DNA of 56,266 nt, the filler included, from Catajapyx aquilonaris (lineage: Eukaryota), in NCBI GenBank assembly GCA_000934665.2. It is 2 parts of 2 records of this genome, joined end to end, with 100 filler letters (N's around TTAATTAATTAA, not from the genome) between each part and the next. Parts side by side here need not be neighbours in the genome. Positions count along the whole stretch, not along the records: positions 28,329 to 56,266 come from JYFJ02004980.1; 1 more part is not named here. One strand, 5' to 3'. Each line of letters starts with the position of its first letter. The first letter of the stretch is position 1. The translations under genes were made by a program, and so were the position numbers. The notes beneath the pieces are model-generated. The model saw only the letters and a list, made by a program, of their open reading frames with translations. It was not told where the DNA came from and ran no database searches. Of this stretch, positions 52,669 to 56,266 are shown piece after piece.

Positions 52669-52750
52669 TATAATTATGCTTCCTGACAATGTGCACTTGA
52701 ACGAGGACCCCTTCATACCTCCCCCTTTCCCTCTCCCCCCCACTCCCCAT

Positions 52751-52935
52751 CTACCTCGCCCCCCTCTCTAAGCTACCATTGTTACCATCGTCCTAAGCAA
52801 CCAGACAATGCAAATTGTTTTCAAGTAACAGTCTCGAGGTGACGTTCGATGCCATTGGACGTGTGTCCAGCACTAACAGGAAGTCTTGTGGTTTGCCACT
52901 GAAAAGATCAAAAACCAACCCTTGAACAGGTAGGC
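52751..52935 (+). promoter_or_regulatory. Putative promoter and 5'-UTR exon of the zinc-finger gene
   Basis: Donor-like AACAG|GTAGGC at 52929/52930 and acceptor cctttccctcag at 53227, 20 nt before the ATG; TGACGT and CAGGAAGT motifs upstream. Confidence 0.5.
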
Positions 52936-53247
52936 AACAATCCCCAGAGGGGCACCCACCTCGGGGGAAGTCAATGCCCAAGTTTCAAGTCACCTTTTGC
53001 GTTTAATTGGGTGCCAGCAGGTGAACCCATTTTGCATCCAGGTTGTAGGGCAGGTACACCAGGTCTTTTTGGCTTGCCATCCGAATGTCCGCATAATAAA
53101 TTCTGTTACAGGGAGCTGGGGGATCCACTTTCAGATTTCCATTTGGAAGAATGATATCTAATTACTCCATATTTGCGTCTAATTGGCTTACATTATATCC
53201 AATAAACCAAGATATCCTTTCCCTCAGGGTATTGCTGAGCAGAGAAG

Positions 53248-54261
53248 ATGGCTGATCAGCCGAATATAAACGAAGCAGATGTGATCTGCAACGTCCTGTT
53301 CAGGATATTAGACTTCTTTGGGGGCAGAACCAGGTGCATCTATTGCTGGCAAATGTTCAACTCGCGGGCCCTCATGGAGCAGCATGTGGAAGCTGAGCAC
53401 CCTGAGCCAGGCGACGCCGAAGAACTGGATGACGATTTCGCCTTTGAACTTGAGGACCTGGGAATTCCGCAAGCCGAGAATGTTGCTCATCATGGAGACA
53501 ACCCTCCAGGCCAAGTCGCTGTTAACCAGGAGGACGTGGATTCTTCCATTCTCAACGAGTCTTCCATTCTCAACGAGACTTCTGTTTCCGATGATAATGA
53601 CTGGGAAGATAATAATCAGCCAGATCCTCACCCTGTTCCTCCAAAAGGAAAAACCTGTGACTTTTGCGGGAAAGAGTTTCCCTACAGAAGCCGAATGCTT
53701 CAGCACAGGGTCGTTCACACTAAGGAAAAGCCCTACGCTTGCCAGTTTTGCGATATGAAGTTCACCCAGCGCGGAAGCAGGAACCGCCACGAAAGGGATC
53801 ACCAGGGGAAAACCCGCTTCAAATGCAGCTTCCGCGGGTGCACCAAGGCGTTCAACAGGGCCTATGCCTTCAGGGACCATAAGAACACACACCTGAAGCG
53901 CAAGCCGTTCAACTGCAAGCCCTGCAAGAGAGGCTTCTCCTCAGCCCAGTCCTACAAGCAGCACCTGCTCCGATACTGCAAGACGTGCAAGCCGTTCAAC
54001 TGCAAGCCCTCCAAGTTCACCCAGACAGGAAGCAGGAACCGCCACGAAAGGGATCACCAGGGGGAAACCCGCTTCAAATGCAAGTTCCGCGGGTGCACCA
54101 AGGAGTTCAACAGGGCCTATGCCTTCAGGGACCATAAGAACACACACCTGAAGCGCAAGCCGTTCAACTGCAAGCCCTGCATAAGGGGATTCTCCTCAGC
54201 CCAGTCCTTCAAAAGGCACCTGCGCCTTTACTGCAAAAACAGCCCAGAAAAGACTCTGTGA
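53248..54261 (+). CDS. C2H2 zinc-finger protein, 337 aa
   Basis: Uninterrupted ORF. One N-terminal finger (CIYC..H..H), an acidic linker, then a finger array with an HTKEKPY linker (CDFC, CQFC, CSFRGC, CKPC and duplicates). Confidence 0.9.
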   Translation: MADQPNINEADVICNVLFRILDFFGGRTRCIYCWQMFNSRALMEQHVEAEHPEPGDAEELDDDFAFELEDLGIPQAENVAHHGDNPPGQVAVNQEDVDSSILNESSILNETSVSDDNDWEDNNQPDPHPVPPKGKTCDFCGKEFPYRSRMLQHRVVHTKEKPYACQFCDMKFTQRGSRNRHERDHQGKTRFKCSFRGCTKAFNRAYAFRDHKNTHLKRKPFNCKPCKRGFSSAQSYKQHLLRYCKTCKPFNCKPSKFTQTGSRNRHERDHQGETRFKCKFRGCTKEFNRAYAFRDHKNTHLKRKPFNCKPCIRGFSSAQSFKRHLRLYCKNSPEKTL

Positions 54262-54521
54262 AGCTAGACCTTGGTTATTTTCGTGCCCTTAAATGTTTTT
54301 TTTTTGTTCCCCCATGTGTTAGGAGGCATCTATAATGTCCGATCTGTTATACAATGTTGTATTTCCAAAATGACCACTTCCACTTCATTTTGGAGCTTTC
54401 TTTTCTTGTTCGTTTTCTTTCTGCAGCACCTCTGATGCACAACCGAACGAGACGGATTTACTGTATCTACAAGGATGTCCAACCCTGCTTTTCGTAATCT
54501 GTCTGTGTTTAGCCTGGAACT

Positions 54522-54527
54522 AATAAA
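54522..54527 (+). terminator. Candidate polyadenylation signal of the zinc-finger gene
   Basis: AATAAA 260 bp after the stop, followed by a GT-rich tract; a second AATAAA is at 54599. Confidence 0.55.
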
Positions 54528-54712
54528 AATCTGTGGTTGTTATCAGCAGTGATGTATGTAATGTAGGATACTTCCAGGCCTGCATGGGTTGGAGGCCTAA
54601 TAAAGCGTAGGGTTAGGGAGGTGGTAGTCAGACCTGCTAGCTAACCTGAACTAGACGTGTTTCACTTGTGATCCCGAATCCCTGATCCCCTTGACTATAG
54701 GGAACGGATTTC

Positions 54713-54812
54713 TTAGAGTGAACAGACACGCCCCCCTGGGCGAACCAATGGGATCGCCTGTATTAGAGTGAACAGACACGCCCCCCCGGGCGAACCAATG
54801 GGATCGCCTGTA
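54713..54812. repeat. 50-bp tandem duplication overlapping the left arm of a 29-bp inverted repeat
   Basis: TTAGAGTGAACAGACACGCCCCCC.GGGCGAACCAATGGGATCGCCTGTA occurs twice. Confidence 0.9.
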
Positions 54813-55484
54813 TGACCGTGCGTCACAGGAAGGTTGCCAGGTGAAAATACATAAATGTAATTGACGGTGTATTTTAAAAAAGAATTCGACGCATATCAAT
54901 TATTTGGTTCTGACATAATTTATGAACACTAAAGCATTACTTAGAATAGCGTTATTAGTTACTTACGCGAAAAATTAAAATCAGCAACCTTGCCACATGG
55001 GGACTACTTTCAAGGCGAGAGACAAAAGAGCATCGGGATCCGTGCCCGCGTAATTTCGAAGCATCGTTCGAATCCACGGCAACGGTGTTCGAATTTCTTC
55101 TTTTCACTTATTTTCGGCGCGCATAAGCACCATCGGAATAAGGCTCTGGCGGAGGGATACATGTTGTCATGGTGCCAAAGTGGTGGGGGGGGAGAAGTTG
55201 TGGAGGAGGGAGGAGGGAGGAGAGAAGTTTGTTTGGGGGTGGGGCCATGGGCCCAGCAGTTCACTCTAAGAAATCCATTTCCTTTAGTAAGAACCCAAAC
55301 CCAAACGACGTGTAGCCATATTTACAAAACCAGTGTGCCTCTCTTGGCAAGCAGCCTGGCTCAGCTAGACCCGGCTATGAAGGCTACACTGCCAAACACA
55401 AGATGGCTGCATTTGTGAGTAAAAGATGCGGGCTTGCTCCTACTGTCCCATCCAATCCCCTGACAGTCCTGCCCCAGCTCTATA

Positions 55485-55895
55485 CAGGGTGGACCAACTT
55501 CATGTGTCCTTTTATAACTGCTAATAATAGAAGCGCTTTACGATTGACGTAGCAGAGACGTGTAAAATGGCCCACTTCGGCGCCATCGAAAATATTAGCT
55601 GCCAATAGCAGCACACATGTAGGCCTAATGAACTCTGTGCAACCACATGCGGCACCAATGCCTATCTGGTGCCTTGGGCGTCACCCATTTCGCTCAGACG
55701 CATCGCGGGTCATGTGTGGACCTCCTTTTTTCCAGGTCAACCCAGCAGCAGGGTTGATTACATGTGTGCTGCTATTGGCAGCTAATATTTTCGATGGCGC
55801 CGAAGTGGGACATTTTACACGTCGCTGCTACGTCATCGCAAAATCACTGCTATTAATCGCCGTTAAAAAACGACACTTGAAGTTTGTCCACCCTG
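55485..55895. mobile_element. Tc1/mariner MITE, inverted sister of 48439-48843
   Basis: ta-CAGGGTGGACCAACTTCA...TGAAGTTTGTCCACCCTG-ta. Confidence 0.9.
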
Positions 55896-56266
55896 TACAG
55901 GGATGCTAGGGAACAAAGGAAGGGTTTTCTTATAAAGTTCAATAACTGTAGTCCTACCCTATATTTTTGGCCTTCTATGTCAACTTACATCCAGGAGTGG
56001 TGGAGAATGCAATTTCTTTTAGTTAAAAGACAAATGTTCAACCACGATTCAACTAAATTTTTGGGCACTATTTTTGGAACCTTGTGTGTATAGGACTCAT
56101 AACATTTGAAGCAAAGGATCACTTCCTCATCGGTTTTTCCTTCTACCATACCGCCCCAATTTTAGTGAAGGTTATTGATATAATGTCAGATTAAAAAGTA
56201 AAACTCGATTAAATTCTATAGATTCAGATTTTGCGAAAATCCACATTTGAAATTCTCTATTTTGTA

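Larger units (their letters stand above)
43610..53160 (+). repeat. Tandem segmental triplication (units ~43610-47030, ~47030-49730, ~49730-53160)
   Basis: Collinear blocks recur, e.g. GATGGAA(C/A)GCTCCA at ~43717, 47054 and 49739, and CTACCTCGCCCCCTCTCTA at ~44332, 47506 and 52751. Unit lengths differ because of private insertions. Confidence 0.93.

Noticed and set aside
44332..52981. Recurrent minus-strand ORF MGIDFPRGGCPSGDCC... (three copies)
   Set aside because: The start codon is TTG rather than ATG, lengths vary, and it simply mirrors the triplicated block.
53308..54147. Antisense and alternative-frame ORFs over the zinc-finger gene
   Set aside because: Shadow ORFs caused by GC-rich third codon positions.

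Overview
Eukaryotic, invertebrate (probably arthropod) genomic DNA that is very rich in repeats. An artificial N44-TTAATTAATTAA-N44 linker at 28229-28328 means the two halves may not be adjacent in the genome. Three protein-coding genes are supportable. (1) NDUFC2, complex I subunit B14.5b: minus strand, 3 exons (12708-12537, 8916-8773, 2886-2837), 121 aa, with a GC-AG second intron. (2) An LRR protein of about 524 aa with a BC-box-like N-terminus: minus strand, 3 exons, 23289-17491. (3) A C2H2 zinc-finger gene with an uninterrupted CDS (53248-54261) and a recent 255-bp internal duplication. The zinc-finger gene lies just after a tandem triplication (~43610-53160) that copies its putative promoter and first exon three times. 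Each copy carries different transposon insertions, so the other copies show the empty sites; one site holds two TTAA (Kolobok-like) elements stacked together. The rest is a dense set of tRNA-derived SINEs (three head types sharing one 3' tail), hAT, Tc1/mariner, piggyBac, Harbinger and CACT-ended MITEs, foldback palindromes and decayed transposase fragments. All family calls come from motif recognition by eye; no database search was run.
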